From sequence record MH051335.1: a stretch of 64,000 bases of DNA; one strand, written 5' to 3'. Each line of letters opens with the position of its first letter. Position 1 is the stretch's first letter. Below, piece by piece: positions 26,971-37,827 of the stretch. Below the pieces are notes generated by a model that did no database searches, was not told the DNA's origin, and saw only the letters and a list, made by a program, of their open reading frames with translations. The stretch comes from Escherichia phage vB_EcoM-Ro157lw. A program made the translations under genes and the position numbers.

Positions 26971-29151
26971 GTGTCTGACTCATTAGAAAAATTTGTTCTT
27001 CAATATACGGTGGACTTGAAAGAGTCCATCAATCGTCTTGAGCAATTGCAAGATAAGGTTGATCAGACAAATAAAAAGGCAAAGGCCGCTGGTAAGGACT
27101 TCACCGGAGCATTCAAAGATGTGTTTGGTGAGCTGAAGCCTCTCACAGCTGAACTGGGGTCCATTGACGGAATCCTTGCGCGGCTTACTTACCGCTTTGC
27201 CGCGCTCGTTCCTGTTGTCGCAGGATTGGCCGTCGTCGTCAAATCCATTGTTGATGTTCGAAAAGAATATGAAGCGCAAAGGAAGCTGGGATTTGAAGCA
27301 GGTCTTTCACCAATTGGCGTGGAGCAATTACAGCGACAATTGAATGAAAGTTCAGGTGGCATTCTTGGTGCGCAGGGGTCAAGGGATTTGATCAGCAAAG
27401 CTTCTAATCTCGCATTCAACGCATACACCAACCCAGATGTGATGAACAAGGACAACTTGTTACTGAACAAGATGGGCACTAGTCCTTTCAACAGTAACGG
27501 CGGCATCAAAGACACAAACCAGCTTCTTGATGAAATTGGCACAAAGCTGAGAAGTGTGAATGAGCAAACCGCTCGTGCTATTGGTGCTCTGGCAGGTTTT
27601 ACCGCCGATGAAGTCCGTGCGCTTCGTGAGCGAAATCAATCAGTCAAAGAAAGCACCCGTATAAGCGACGAAGAAACCGCGAAGCTGCAAAGACAGCAGG
27701 CCGCTCTTGAAACGATACGAAACAGCATGGGCCAAATTCAAGAAGACTGGCGACGCATTGAACTGGTAATCGGTGAGAACGTGATGCCTGCATTCTCGAC
27801 GCTTGTCAGCAAAACCGCCGATACAGTCGAAGGATTCCAGATGATGTTCCAAAGAATGTCTGATGGATGGTCCGAATTTGTCGACAATTTCATTGCTGAC
27901 TTGAAGCACCCGTTTGATAAACAGGCGGCTGTCAACGAGCGCCACGAGCGTGCCGTTGACAGATGGATCACTCAGATGGCTGACGGCGATGTGAAACGCC
28001 AGAGGAATCAGGAGCAAAACGCGGCTGAACAACGTTCTGCGCAAGCACTTTTCACTCGCGATATAAACCTGTTTTCAAGCGCCGTTTCAACCTTTGCTGG
28101 TGTTATTGATGAGCGACAAGCGTGGGCTGCATGGGCTGGTGAGATAGGACGAAGCGCAGGCCAATCCGCAATGCCTGGCACGCCAGCACTAAGCACTGGT
28201 GCGACCGTAGGCAACAACTTGGGGTCAGGAAATCCGACTGCATATGACTCAATCTATGAGGAAGCCTCCAAGCGTTATGGAATCCCTGTTGCGATGATGA
28301 AGGCCGTCACAGAAGTCGAATCTGGATTCAACCCTAATGCCGTAAGCGGAGCAGGCGCGACCGGACTGATGCAAATAATGCCTTCCAACTTCAAGGGACT
28401 TGGTATCACAGACGGTAATGACCCAAGACAAAACATTATGGGCGGCGCTCAACTTCTCAAGGAATATTTAACTGCTGCCAATGGCGATTGGAATCTTGCA
28501 CTGACTATGTATCACGGCGGATATGACCGCAGCGGATGGGGAAAGAACACCCGTGCATACCCTGGCAAGGTGATGGCCGCTCTCGAACGACAGGCGAATG
28601 GAGAATACGCCACGGGAGCGCCGCAAGGTGCACCAGTTACTCCAGTGCTTAGCGGTAGCGGAGTAGAAGCGCCAAAAGGCAGCTACGCTCCAGTACAGGG
28701 CCAATCCCGCCAAACGGTGCAATACAGACAGTTGCAAGAAGCAATTGCAGGATACCTAAACGTGCCAGTTGAGCAGCTGATGCAAGGACAAGTCAACAAA
28801 GGTGATATTGACTTTGCTCAAACTTACCTTAAACTTGGAACGCAAAGGGATTATATTAAAAACATGCAGCTGGCTTCAACTCCAGGTGTAAGGCCGAACA
28901 TTCAGGCCGAAGCCATGAAGAATGCTCGTCTCGCGGCATTCCAGCTTGAAGCATTCCAGAAATACGGCGGCGACCTTTCCGCGAATAGTCGACCTGGTGG
29001 GCGTGATATTACTATGGGTCAGAAAAACGTTGTCATCAACGTCAACGGCGCTCAAGACCCAAGAAGCACGGCGATTGAGACTAAGCGTGTGCTTGAACAA
29101 GATGATATCAACGACATAAACAACCTTACTGCTACACCTTTGAAGTGGTGA
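26971..29151 (+). CDS. tail tape measure protein with C-terminal lytic transglycosylase domain
   Basis: Transglycosylase motifs AMMKAVTEVESGFNPNAVSGAGATGLMQIMPS; coiled-coil N-terminal half; GTG start with AAGGGG SD. Confidence 0.65.
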   Translation: MSDSLEKFVLQYTVDLKESINRLEQLQDKVDQTNKKAKAAGKDFTGAFKDVFGELKPLTAELGSIDGILARLTYRFAALVPVVAGLAVVVKSIVDVRKEYEAQRKLGFEAGLSPIGVEQLQRQLNESSGGILGAQGSRDLISKASNLAFNAYTNPDVMNKDNLLLNKMGTSPFNSNGGIKDTNQLLDEIGTKLRSVNEQTARAIGALAGFTADEVRALRERNQSVKESTRISDEETAKLQRQQAALETIRNSMGQIQEDWRRIELVIGENVMPAFSTLVSKTADTVEGFQMMFQRMSDGWSEFVDNFIADLKHPFDKQAAVNERHERAVDRWITQMADGDVKRQRNQEQNAAEQRSAQALFTRDINLFSSAVSTFAGVIDERQAWAAWAGEIGRSAGQSAMPGTPALSTGATVGNNLGSGNPTAYDSIYEEASKRYGIPVAMMKAVTEVESGFNPNAVSGAGATGLMQIMPSNFKGLGITDGNDPRQNIMGGAQLLKEYLTAANGDWNLALTMYHGGYDRSGWGKNTRAYPGKVMAALERQANGEYATGAPQGAPVTPVLSGSGVEAPKGSYAPVQGQSRQTVQYRQLQEAIAGYLNVPVEQLMQGQVNKGDIDFAQTYLKLGTQRDYIKNMQLASTPGVRPNIQAEAMKNARLAAFQLEAFQKYGGDLSANSRPGGRDITMGQKNVVINVNGAQDPRSTAIETKRVLEQDDINDINNLTATPLKW

Positions 29152-29155
29152 TAAT

Positions 29156-30028
29156 TTGAAAAAGAGAATCCTTAAGGTCACCTTATCTATGCCGGATGGC
29201 ACAAGCCAAGTTCTTGATGAAGGATTGATGCTCAGATGCCGAATCAAAAAGGCAGCACTTTCCGTTCAGAATAAGGCCACGATTGAAGTCGCAGGATTAA
29301 CAGGGTACTTGAGAGAGTACCTGCTTTCCAACTTCACGGCATTCAACAAACGTCTGCGTGATCAAGGTCAGTTGGCGGCGAACTACGTTAATGTGACTAT
29401 TGAAGCTGGATACAGAGAAGGGAGCGTAATCAGCAGCAACTTGGTATACAAGGGACAGGTGACTACGGTGGAGATAACAGCGCCGCCGCCGAATATCGTC
29501 ATCAGAATCACGTGTTATACAAACCAAATAAACAGAACGAAGTTCATAACTCAAGCCGCGCCATCCAACCCGACTTTCAAAGAGTTTGTGGAATGGTCTG
29601 CAAAGCAAATGGACATTGATACTGTTATTTGCGACACGTCGATTAACAATCAGCGCCTTGTAAACCCAGGAAGAACGACATATGTTGCTGCTGCGCTGCT
29701 GCTTGAGATCCAGAACTATCAACGCAACTCCATCGCGGCATACATTGATGACGATACGTTAATTGTTAAGGATAAAGACAAAATTCTAAATCCAGACCAG
29801 ATTACGGTCATTGAGGAATTTGTCGGAATACCGATGTGGAACGAGTGGGGTGCAGACTTCACTTGTATGTATAACGCAGATTTGAAGCTTGCACAAGGTG
29901 TTAAATTCAAATCAGTCTTAAACCCAAGCTTGAACGACACCACATTTGTCATCATGCAACTTGAATATGATTTAGCGAGTCGTGATGACATATTTACGGT
30001 GACGGGCGGCGTTGCACCATCGGCATAA
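29156..30028 (+). CDS. baseplate/distal tail protein
   Basis: Position after tape measure; TTG start (alternative ATG at 29189). Confidence 0.45.
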   Translation: MKKRILKVTLSMPDGTSQVLDEGLMLRCRIKKAALSVQNKATIEVAGLTGYLREYLLSNFTAFNKRLRDQGQLAANYVNVTIEAGYREGSVISSNLVYKGQVTTVEITAPPPNIVIRITCYTNQINRTKFITQAAPSNPTFKEFVEWSAKQMDIDTVICDTSINNQRLVNPGRTTYVAAALLLEIQNYQRNSIAAYIDDDTLIVKDKDKILNPDQITVIEEFVGIPMWNEWGADFTCMYNADLKLAQGVKFKSVLNPSLNDTTFVIMQLEYDLASRDDIFTVTGGVAPSA

Positions 30029-30030
30029 AT

Positions 30031-30552
30031 ATGAGAAAGAATAAAATAATCGACTTGTTTGGCGTAACTTATGAAATTCATCAATTCAGCGCAATAGATG
30101 CATTTGAAATGGTCGATGACATAAGTATATTAACCCCACTTGAATTATTGAGTGAATGTTATGTAATAAAATACGACGGGTCCAAAGTAAGGCTTAATTC
30201 TGAAAAAGTAATTAGTGAAGAAGTGAAAAGTATTCCTAATCACTTGCCGCCTAATCTTGTGTTGAAAGTGTTAATGGAAGCCGTTAAAAAGCACAACTTT
30301 GGATTCCTTAGCGATTGGAAAAGCACCAAAATTCCAAATAGATTCTTGGCGGATGCACCGACAGTAGAGCCTAATTATCTTGAGCCAATGGTTGCAAGTC
30401 TAATAAATAACGGCCTTGCATCTTTAAAGGAGTTGGAAGAATACTATTCACTGCGTGATGCATTTGCTATGTTTGATGGTTTAATAGCAAAATCACTTAA
30501 TGAAGCCTACTCAAACGAAGCTGCCATTAAAGAATCAAAGTCAAATCGCTAA
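30031..30552 (+). CDS. hypothetical baseplate protein
   Basis: ORF track. Confidence 0.5.
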   Translation: MRKNKIIDLFGVTYEIHQFSAIDAFEMVDDISILTPLELLSECYVIKYDGSKVRLNSEKVISEEVKSIPNHLPPNLVLKVLMEAVKKHNFGFLSDWKSTKIPNRFLADAPTVEPNYLEPMVASLINNGLASLKELEEYYSLRDAFAMFDGLIAKSLNEAYSNEAAIKESKSNR

Positions 30553-30556
30553 AATA

Positions 30557-30611
30557 TTGCTTATAGACTCCTTATAGATTATAATTTGTTGATCAGATAT
30601 AAGGAGTCTAT
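30557..30611 (+). promoter_or_regulatory. promoter TTGCTT-N17-TATAAT (30557-30585) overlapped by a 13-bp perfect inverted repeat ATAGACTCCTTAT / ATAAGGAGTCTAT (30563-30575, 30599-30611) whose right arm contains the SD and first A of the ATG
   Basis: Direct reading. Confidence 0.5.
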
Positions 30612-31338
30612 GATGGCAGAAAAGTTAACCCAACTTACAAGCCCCAACCAAACTGACAAATCAAGTATGTTTGCCGCGCTTCAGGGAATGCTGGACCGTG
30701 GCAAGTATACCACTGATGGCATGATTCCTGCGCAAGTAATATCTTATGACCGCAAGAAAAATTTAGCAGTCATAAAACCTGTTATTCATTTCGTAAGTCT
30801 TGATGATAAGCCAGTGGAGCGTCAACCTTTGGTGTCAATTCCGGTACTGGCAATCGGCGGCGGCGGATTCGTGATCAACTTCCCTTTGAAGGAAGGCGAC
30901 TTGGGCTGGATATTCGCTGGCGACCGCGAGTTGTCGACATTCCTTGAAGAATTGAAGCCGACCGCGCCTACCAATGGCCGTGTAAAAACTTTCGCTGATG
31001 GACTGTTCATACCGGATGTATTCCGAAAATACACCATAAGCGGAGAGGATGCAGGGTCAATGGTAATTCAATCCCTCAGCGGCGCTGTGAGAATTGCACT
31101 AAGCGATGACTCAATAAACATAACTGCGTCTTCTGGAGTAAACGTCAAGACCCCGATAACCACTATCGATCAACAACTGATAGTAAATGGAAAGGCAACA
31201 TTCAATGGTGGGATAGAAGGCAAAGAAGGAACGACGGCAACGCTTCCGACTGGCACAACGGTCGGCGGCATTGATGTATCCACTCACGGGCATATCGGTA
31301 ACGGGCCTGGAAACAGAACTGGGAATATGATAGAATGA
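30610..31338 (+). CDS. baseplate central spike protein (gpV/gp5-like)
   Basis: Spike-like size and a C-terminal His-rich tip (VSTHGHIG); ATG at 30610 with AAGGAG SD. Confidence 0.45.
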   Translation: MMAEKLTQLTSPNQTDKSSMFAALQGMLDRGKYTTDGMIPAQVISYDRKKNLAVIKPVIHFVSLDDKPVERQPLVSIPVLAIGGGGFVINFPLKEGDLGWIFAGDRELSTFLEELKPTAPTNGRVKTFADGLFIPDVFRKYTISGEDAGSMVIQSLSGAVRIALSDDSINITASSGVNVKTPITTIDQQLIVNGKATFNGGIEGKEGTTATLPTGTTVGGIDVSTHGHIGNGPGNRTGNMIE

Positions 31339-32606
31339 GTGCACAATATTCTTACATAGTAAGCACTGGTGTGATCACCATTGACACGGCAGATTTATTG
31401 GCTGATGTTCAAGGTGAATGGATTGAGTCTTTAGGGGTCGGGCTTGATGTTGATGCTTCGACGCCGCAAGGCACGCTAATCGCAACAGAGACGTTGGCAA
31501 GAACTTCAGTGATGAAGAATAATGCCGAATTGGGAAGTCTCATCAACCCTAACTACTCATATGGAGTATACCTTGATGCAATCGCGGCGCTTCTTGGCAT
31601 CGAGCGCACAAAGAATGTAAGCACAATGTTGAAAGGTGTGACTGCAGAGGGAACGCCGCTGCTGGAAATTCCTGCTGGAAGTCTTCTTACTGATTCAAAT
31701 GGTACATACTGGTATGTGCTGGAAGACGTTCAAATCACTTCGACTGGCAAGACAAGCAACATGACTCTTGCGTCAAAAGATTATGGCTCATTTACCGTTG
31801 CGCCTGATGAAGAGTTTACAGTGGTGCAAGGTTATGACGTCATCGGATGGTCAAGAACGTATTCAACATCAGCAACGACGACCGTGCCAGGCACCCAATA
31901 CATGGGCGACGGAGCATTAAAGGCCGCTCGCGTTAAGCGTCTTTACCAGCAGGGCATCGCATCACTTGGTGCCATCCGCGCTCGCGCCATGTCTGTCGAC
32001 GGTGTAGAGTCTGTGATGGTCGTGGAGAATGACACAGGAGCGCCTGGAACGGTGCGCGGCATTACCTTCTCAACGCCTAACGGTGTTTGGGTATGCGCAA
32101 GCGGAACATTTGACAAGCAAGTGTTTGCGGAGACGATATTCAAGGCGAAGATGGGTGGTCAACCTTGGGACTTTGGCGCTACTAATCAAGGAAATCCGGT
32201 AAACTCGCCTGATGGAATCGAAGTGGTCGATGCAGAATCACAGTTGTCTTATTTCGTCAAATTTAACACTGCAGTGATATATGATTTGTATGTTGACATA
32301 ACCGTTTCAAGAGGAACGGCGACCGCTGATGCAGAGTCCATTATTGCCGCTGTACTAAATTACGGAAATGGCAATTTTAACGGTGAGCAGGGATATACAG
32401 TAGGCCAATCTCAATCTTCTTTTGAAATTGCTTCGGCAGTATCCTGCGAATATCCAGGACTTTATATCAAAGATTGCAAAATTGCAGCAGTTAAAAGCGG
32501 ACAGGCAGCGCCAACTTATCCTTCCGATTATGGCAGCGAGTGGATTGCCAATCCTTGGGACAAGGCCAATACTATGCGCGGCTTCATCAACGTTAAATTT
32601 GTGTGA
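31335..32606 (+). CDS. baseplate wedge protein (gpJ-like by position)
   Basis: ORF track; ATGA overlap with upstream gene. Confidence 0.4.
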   Translation: MSAQYSYIVSTGVITIDTADLLADVQGEWIESLGVGLDVDASTPQGTLIATETLARTSVMKNNAELGSLINPNYSYGVYLDAIAALLGIERTKNVSTMLKGVTAEGTPLLEIPAGSLLTDSNGTYWYVLEDVQITSTGKTSNMTLASKDYGSFTVAPDEEFTVVQGYDVIGWSRTYSTSATTTVPGTQYMGDGALKAARVKRLYQQGIASLGAIRARAMSVDGVESVMVVENDTGAPGTVRGITFSTPNGVWVCASGTFDKQVFAETIFKAKMGGQPWDFGATNQGNPVNSPDGIEVVDAESQLSYFVKFNTAVIYDLYVDITVSRGTATADAESIIAAVLNYGNGNFNGEQGYTVGQSQSSFEIASAVSCEYPGLYIKDCKIAAVKSGQAAPTYPSDYGSEWIANPWDKANTMRGFINVKFV

Positions 32607-32612
32607 GGAACT

Positions 32613-35351
32613 ATGCAAAAGTTTGACACAAACCTGTTGCAAAACCTTAAGTGGATGCAGAACAACGCGCCAAACATCACATCTTTGGTTCAGAAGAAGA
32701 GTGATTGGTATGAGCGATATCAAGATCAGTTTTGGATTGACTGGTACAAAAACATATTCAACATTGATACTTGTGATGCAATGGGCATCTATATTTGGTG
32801 CGACATCCTATGCATACCAAGAGACTTTGTTGACTTAAGTAACTATGAGCACAACTGGGCATTCGGGCCAACACGCGACAACTTTGAAGGGCCGGACAAT
32901 ATCGGCGGCAACTTCTTTGGTGCTGGCGGAAAGGTTGTGAAAAACATTGAAGAAGCGCGCATCCTTCTGAAGCTTCGTTATCTGACGCTTACAAGTGATG
33001 GCCGCATCGAAAGCATCAACCGTATGCTTAAGTGGATTTTTAACCGTGGGGAAGCTTGGGATTACTCTTCATCCAGATACGCATATGTGACAGACAATAC
33101 TCAAGGCGCGGTGTCTTCTTCTGAATCAACAAACGGTTCATTCCTTCTGTATGACTGGCAGGGGTCGACTGAGATTCAGCACGATTATAAACAAATTCTT
33201 TTGAGTCACGGCAACAACGCAGGACTTACCATAAGTGGGGTGGCAGGGACTGTTTCGCGAATGGCACACCCAGACTGGTATTCATGGGGTAATGGCTCCG
33301 GCGCTGGTATTGTCGGCGGTGATACGCGCCAATATGGCGGCCCTGACTATTACGGCCAACTGTGTGGTGATTACCCAGGAGAGGCCATAGAGAATTTCGC
33401 CAACGCAGTACGGGTCATCAAGACCGCTTCCAGCGGCGAGCCTGTGTATTCTTTGGCCAGTAATCCAAGCGCCCAATCTATTGCGCTTCCTTCTCAGGCT
33501 GGTGTCAATGTTTGCTATAGCTTCTACATAAAAGTGCTTTCTGAAAACGTGGCTTCTGTTTCCGTAACAGAGAACAGTGATGCATCGAGTAATGGAAAAC
33601 TTTTCGACCCAGTGACTGGGCAGTTCAACCTTGACTCTTCTTTGAGTTATTTCATCACAGGCAAGTTCGACGGTGTGAGAAGGGAATCAAACCGTGGTGG
33701 CATCAAGGCAATCGGCGGCGATTGGTACAGAATCTGGATTGTAGAACAAACTGCGAACGCGACAGCTGGGGTAAACACAAGCTTTTCAATTGAGTTGAAA
33801 GCAACTGCCGCTGGATCAACTCAGACTCGCGAATTGCCTGAAGGGTCTGATGCGCTTCTTTTTGGATACTCAATTTGTGTTTGCGACCCTGTTCAGAATC
33901 CTAATGGGCCTGAGCCTTATTTCTATGGGACTCAAAATCCGCCTGCAGATGGCACAGCAATTTTGTCTGTTACGGCAGGAACGCTCAACAACATTTCTTG
34001 CGCAAACGGTCCGTTGACGACAAGAAATGGCGTGGTGGGCGAGTCATTTATGCAGCCTGGGTCATCACTTGCGTACTCTGGTTCAATCGGCGGCTACCCG
34101 TACCCAGGAAACGCCACTCTAATCGCAGAAACAGACGGAATCAGACGCTCATGGAACGTTAGCCGATTGGACGGAGTACCGCCGCCGCCGACCGCTGACT
34201 ATTACATGGAATATGTCATCGGGCCTTATTTCGCCAACAACTTGTCTGATAACTTTAAGACGCTAGTTGGCGACAGGAATGAAGGATTCTTGCCAGCCAA
34301 TGCCGGAATACGTTGGCAGCTTTACCAAGAAGTCGCAGACTTATCCGATATTGATTTGACTGTCAGCAACATAACAGACACGCGAGTAGGATTCGAAACG
34401 GAAGGTGTCGCATGGATTAACACTGACGGGATCATCAGAGTTGGCGGCATAAACGAGTGGCCGTTGAACAACTTTAATGGTGTTATAAGACAGCTTGAAT
34501 CTCTGAAAGGTGTGAACCAAGTCATCGACGGCGCACTTGTCAACGACTATTCAATCTCAAAAGCTTCAAGAGATGACTTTGGTCGTGAAATTCCACGCGC
34601 GGCAATCACTAACTACTGGCGATACACACAGCCCAATGACGGCACATCTTTTGGCAATATCGTCAAGGACGGAGCTAACACGGTAACGGCGACGCCAATC
34701 AGCGGTGTGCCCAACCAGTTCCCATCATTCAAGCTTTCCGCTACAATAGGGACTGTGCCAGCGTCCGGTTATGCACGCGCTGTACTTGCTACTAAATACA
34801 CTGGCACCTTGACTGGTCCTTTGTCATTTATCGCAATAGTTAAAAACAACACGGTAAACGGTCAAAAACTTTTCGTAACCGTACCGGATGGTATGGGCGG
34901 CTATATCCCTAAATTCTACAGCATAGGCGCAGGTGATTTGCAACGTATCGAAATTGACCTTGCTGCTGAGATTGTTGCAGGAACGACTTGGGATGGTTCG
35001 ACAGGTGGAATCAGCATTGGTTTGATATCAGGGAAAGACTTGCCGACCGAAGTTGGTACGACTCTTGAACTTGATATTTTAAGCTTGATGCTTGTTTCTG
35101 GTAATACGATGAATGCGCTTGCGATTTCAACAAGCGAAGACTTTACAAAGAAAACTGCAACTTCTATATACATCAAAAACCCAGGGTCACTGGCGACTGG
35201 AGTTCAATTGATAGCTTCGAATGGGGATGTTGTAGCGACAGTAAACTTTCCAAGAAGTGCTGCTGGCGGTTATGTTTCAAGCATGAATATAACTGACTTA
35301 ACTGGTGATTGGGCATCAACCCTTTTATCAAAAATTAAATACATCGTGTAG
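32613..35351 (+). CDS. large baseplate/tail fiber protein
   Basis: 912 aa; GAGGA SD; position in tail module. Confidence 0.5.
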   Translation: MQKFDTNLLQNLKWMQNNAPNITSLVQKKSDWYERYQDQFWIDWYKNIFNIDTCDAMGIYIWCDILCIPRDFVDLSNYEHNWAFGPTRDNFEGPDNIGGNFFGAGGKVVKNIEEARILLKLRYLTLTSDGRIESINRMLKWIFNRGEAWDYSSSRYAYVTDNTQGAVSSSESTNGSFLLYDWQGSTEIQHDYKQILLSHGNNAGLTISGVAGTVSRMAHPDWYSWGNGSGAGIVGGDTRQYGGPDYYGQLCGDYPGEAIENFANAVRVIKTASSGEPVYSLASNPSAQSIALPSQAGVNVCYSFYIKVLSENVASVSVTENSDASSNGKLFDPVTGQFNLDSSLSYFITGKFDGVRRESNRGGIKAIGGDWYRIWIVEQTANATAGVNTSFSIELKATAAGSTQTRELPEGSDALLFGYSICVCDPVQNPNGPEPYFYGTQNPPADGTAILSVTAGTLNNISCANGPLTTRNGVVGESFMQPGSSLAYSGSIGGYPYPGNATLIAETDGIRRSWNVSRLDGVPPPPTADYYMEYVIGPYFANNLSDNFKTLVGDRNEGFLPANAGIRWQLYQEVADLSDIDLTVSNITDTRVGFETEGVAWINTDGIIRVGGINEWPLNNFNGVIRQLESLKGVNQVIDGALVNDYSISKASRDDFGREIPRAAITNYWRYTQPNDGTSFGNIVKDGANTVTATPISGVPNQFPSFKLSATIGTVPASGYARAVLATKYTGTLTGPLSFIAIVKNNTVNGQKLFVTVPDGMGGYIPKFYSIGAGDLQRIEIDLAAEIVAGTTWDGSTGGISIGLISGKDLPTEVGTTLELDILSLMLVSGNTMNALAISTSEDFTKKTATSIYIKNPGSLATGVQLIASNGDVVATVNFPRSAAGGYVSSMNITDLTGDWASTLLSKIKYIV

Positions 35352-35361
35352 AGGAACGGCA

Positions 35362-37149
35362 ATGCCAACACTTATTAACAGACCTTTCGCGCAAAGCGGT
35401 GATGTATCCGTGGTGCCGGATGCAAGCCCAAGCGGTTATGTAAACTTCCAGCGCGGCTACACCCCTGACTATGCGCTTGCTCTGGAGGCCGGAAACGTCG
35501 CCGCGAAAGCTGTTGAGCGCGAATCGATGAACTGGTTGCTGAATTTGATTACAGACAACCTTATGTTTATTCAAGATCATGGTGCTCAACAATATTTCTC
35601 TTCTGACTTGAAGCCGGATGGATACCCGAAAAATGCCATTGTTGTCAGCAACTCTGGAACGCCTTCAGCGCCTGAGTGGCGCATCTTTCAAAGCGTGGTC
35701 GACGGCAACACAAGCGCCGTACCAGCTAACGGAGAAACGGAATCTTGGCAGGAATTAACGCTGCCCAGCGAAGCGCGAAAATACATTCCGATGCCTGCCG
35801 GAGGCGATGCGCAAAACCCGTACTTCGTTCGCGGATTGATTTCAAGCTTTGTGGACTTCGATAATATTACGACTTCCACAACTATCGTCATTCAATCCGA
35901 TGCCGTCGCCGCTCTGTGCTCTAACATCCCGAATGCGGTTGGCGCGACGAAGGTTGCAGGTCGCCTTCAGGTTTGCGCTTGGCAGGTCGATGCGCAAACC
36001 TTTGCCTTGCAGCAATATACATCAATGAATGGCTATTTGTTTACCCGCTCTTACACTTCTGGTGCTTGGAGTGCTTGGATTCAAAATGCCACTGTTCAAG
36101 ACGTGCAAATTGGAACGCCGAATCTTGCATCAGGTAAAGGAGCGCAAGACATAATCCTTACCGTCCCAGCAGGTTATTCATGGCCTCCGTCAGCAGGTAG
36201 TCGCCTGACAATCGTCAATGATGTAACGACTACCGGACCTGTCACCGTGACCATTGGTGTAAACAAAGTTGCCGTTCTTGGATTCGACGGCGGCGAGTTG
36301 CCAGCTGGCGCTATCGTAGGCTTGCTGCCATTCACCATCATTTATGACGGCACTGTTTGGCGTCTCCTTCAGGCGTTTGGCGCGGCGCAAATCGGCGTTG
36401 ATGCTACTGAGGCGCAACAGTTTGTTACAAAGCGCCAACTCGATGCTTTGGCTGCGAAATTGATCACTATGGGCGACGTATTCGAAGTCGGTGAGACTCG
36501 ATTCCTCACCAACGGAACAGACCCGAATACTAAACTGGGCGCTTACGGCCAGGTATGGACACGACTTCCTGATAACATGGTCATCAGAACATCTGGCACG
36601 GCGCGAAACGGTCTTGCCACTGGCGGCGCGGACTCTGTTACTCTCACCGCTGCAATGCTTCCTCTCCACAATCACAGCGTGAACATTACCACGCGACAAA
36701 GTGGTCCATGGTCTAATACCACTGGAGATGCTGGAAATCACAACCACACAGGTGATACAAGTCAAAACGGTGCTCACGTGCATGGAATGGATACGGCAGG
36801 CAACCATCACCATGACAGCAGCTGGGGTGAAGCCAATACTAGCGATGCGCGGTACGGCGTTTATGATGGGACACACAACAACTTCGGAAGTCGCAAAGGC
36901 GGCGACTGGGATAACTACAAATACAACACTTCGACTAACGGCAACCACGTCCATAATATTCAATCTTCTGGATCACACACCCATGGGTTGAATATAAATT
37001 ACGCTGGCAATCACAGCCACAGTTATACCCTTCCCGCTCACACTCATGATGTGGTCGGTAACACTGGCGATGCAGGACAGTCGGTGCCAACGGCTGTTGC
37101 GACTTTGCCGCGATACGTTGTTTTGAATGGCTGGTACAGAAGCGCATAA
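35362..37149 (+). CDS. tail fiber protein with His-x-His repeat tip domain
   Basis: Repeated HNH/HVH/HTH/HSH motifs in the C-terminal third, as in lambda Stf and T4 gp37-type tips; GAGGAA SD. Confidence 0.6.
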   Translation: MPTLINRPFAQSGDVSVVPDASPSGYVNFQRGYTPDYALALEAGNVAAKAVERESMNWLLNLITDNLMFIQDHGAQQYFSSDLKPDGYPKNAIVVSNSGTPSAPEWRIFQSVVDGNTSAVPANGETESWQELTLPSEARKYIPMPAGGDAQNPYFVRGLISSFVDFDNITTSTTIVIQSDAVAALCSNIPNAVGATKVAGRLQVCAWQVDAQTFALQQYTSMNGYLFTRSYTSGAWSAWIQNATVQDVQIGTPNLASGKGAQDIILTVPAGYSWPPSAGSRLTIVNDVTTTGPVTVTIGVNKVAVLGFDGGELPAGAIVGLLPFTIIYDGTVWRLLQAFGAAQIGVDATEAQQFVTKRQLDALAAKLITMGDVFEVGETRFLTNGTDPNTKLGAYGQVWTRLPDNMVIRTSGTARNGLATGGADSVTLTAAMLPLHNHSVNITTRQSGPWSNTTGDAGNHNHTGDTSQNGAHVHGMDTAGNHHHDSSWGEANTSDARYGVYDGTHNNFGSRKGGDWDNYKYNTSTNGNHVHNIQSSGSHTHGLNINYAGNHSHSYTLPAHTHDVVGNTGDAGQSVPTAVATLPRYVVLNGWYRSA

Positions 37150-37157
37150 GGTGATTT

Positions 37158-37802
37158 ATGATTAACGCAAACGTAATATCTAAAGGGACCGGATGCAGCA
37201 TGGATGTTGCAGAGAAATGGGTGGACCCTTTCAAGCAGGCTTGTGAGCACTACGGAATCAAAAGCAAGAGTGCCATCGCGGCATTCCTTGCAAACGTAGG
37301 AGTAGAGACAGGCAGCTTGAAAACATTTGTGGAAAATCTCAACTACTCTGCACAGGGTCTTGCCAACACGTGGCCTAGTCGTTACAGCGTCAACGGTCGC
37401 TCTGGAAGTTCCCCGAACTCATTGGCCCTGTCGATTGCCCGTAAACCAATGGAAATCGCCAATAATACATATGCAAACCGCATGGGAAATGGTTCGGTAG
37501 CATCTGGCGACGGCTGGAAGTACCGTGGCCGTGGTGCCATTCAGCTGACTGGCAAGGCGAACTATGCGGAATATACGCGCCAATCAGGCTATGATGCGTT
37601 GAACAATCCTGATATTCTGACTGAACCAAAATACATTGCCGACAGCGCGGCATGGTTCTTTAAGAATAGCGGTTGTATCCCTCTTGCGGATGCAGGAAAT
37701 TTTGATTCAACCGTTAAGCGAATTAACGGGGCCGCGCCGAACGCAGCAAACCACGGTGAGTTGCGAAGAAAGCGTTACAAAGATGCACTAGCAGTTATGT
37801 AA
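37158..37802 (+). CDS. endolysin, glycoside hydrolase family 19 (chitinase-like lysozyme)
   Basis: Motif YRGRGAIQLTGKANY typical of GH19 catalytic core. Confidence 0.7.
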   Translation: MINANVISKGTGCSMDVAEKWVDPFKQACEHYGIKSKSAIAAFLANVGVETGSLKTFVENLNYSAQGLANTWPSRYSVNGRSGSSPNSLALSIARKPMEIANNTYANRMGNGSVASGDGWKYRGRGAIQLTGKANYAEYTRQSGYDALNNPDILTEPKYIADSAAWFFKNSGCIPLADAGNFDSTVKRINGAAPNAANHGELRRKRYKDALAVM

Positions 37803-37805
37803 GAA

Positions 37806-37825
37806 AAAGGCCCATATGGGCCTTT
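37806..37825. terminator. bidirectional hairpin terminator (AAAGGCCC/GGGCCTTT, loop ATAT) between convergent genes
   Basis: Perfect 8-bp stem flanked by A-run and T-run. Confidence 0.6.
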
Positions 37826-37827
37826 GT

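Noticed and set aside
36190-36963. 257-aa minus-strand ORF inside the His-x-His tail fiber gene
   Set aside because: Antisense shadow of the His-repeat region; no independent signals.
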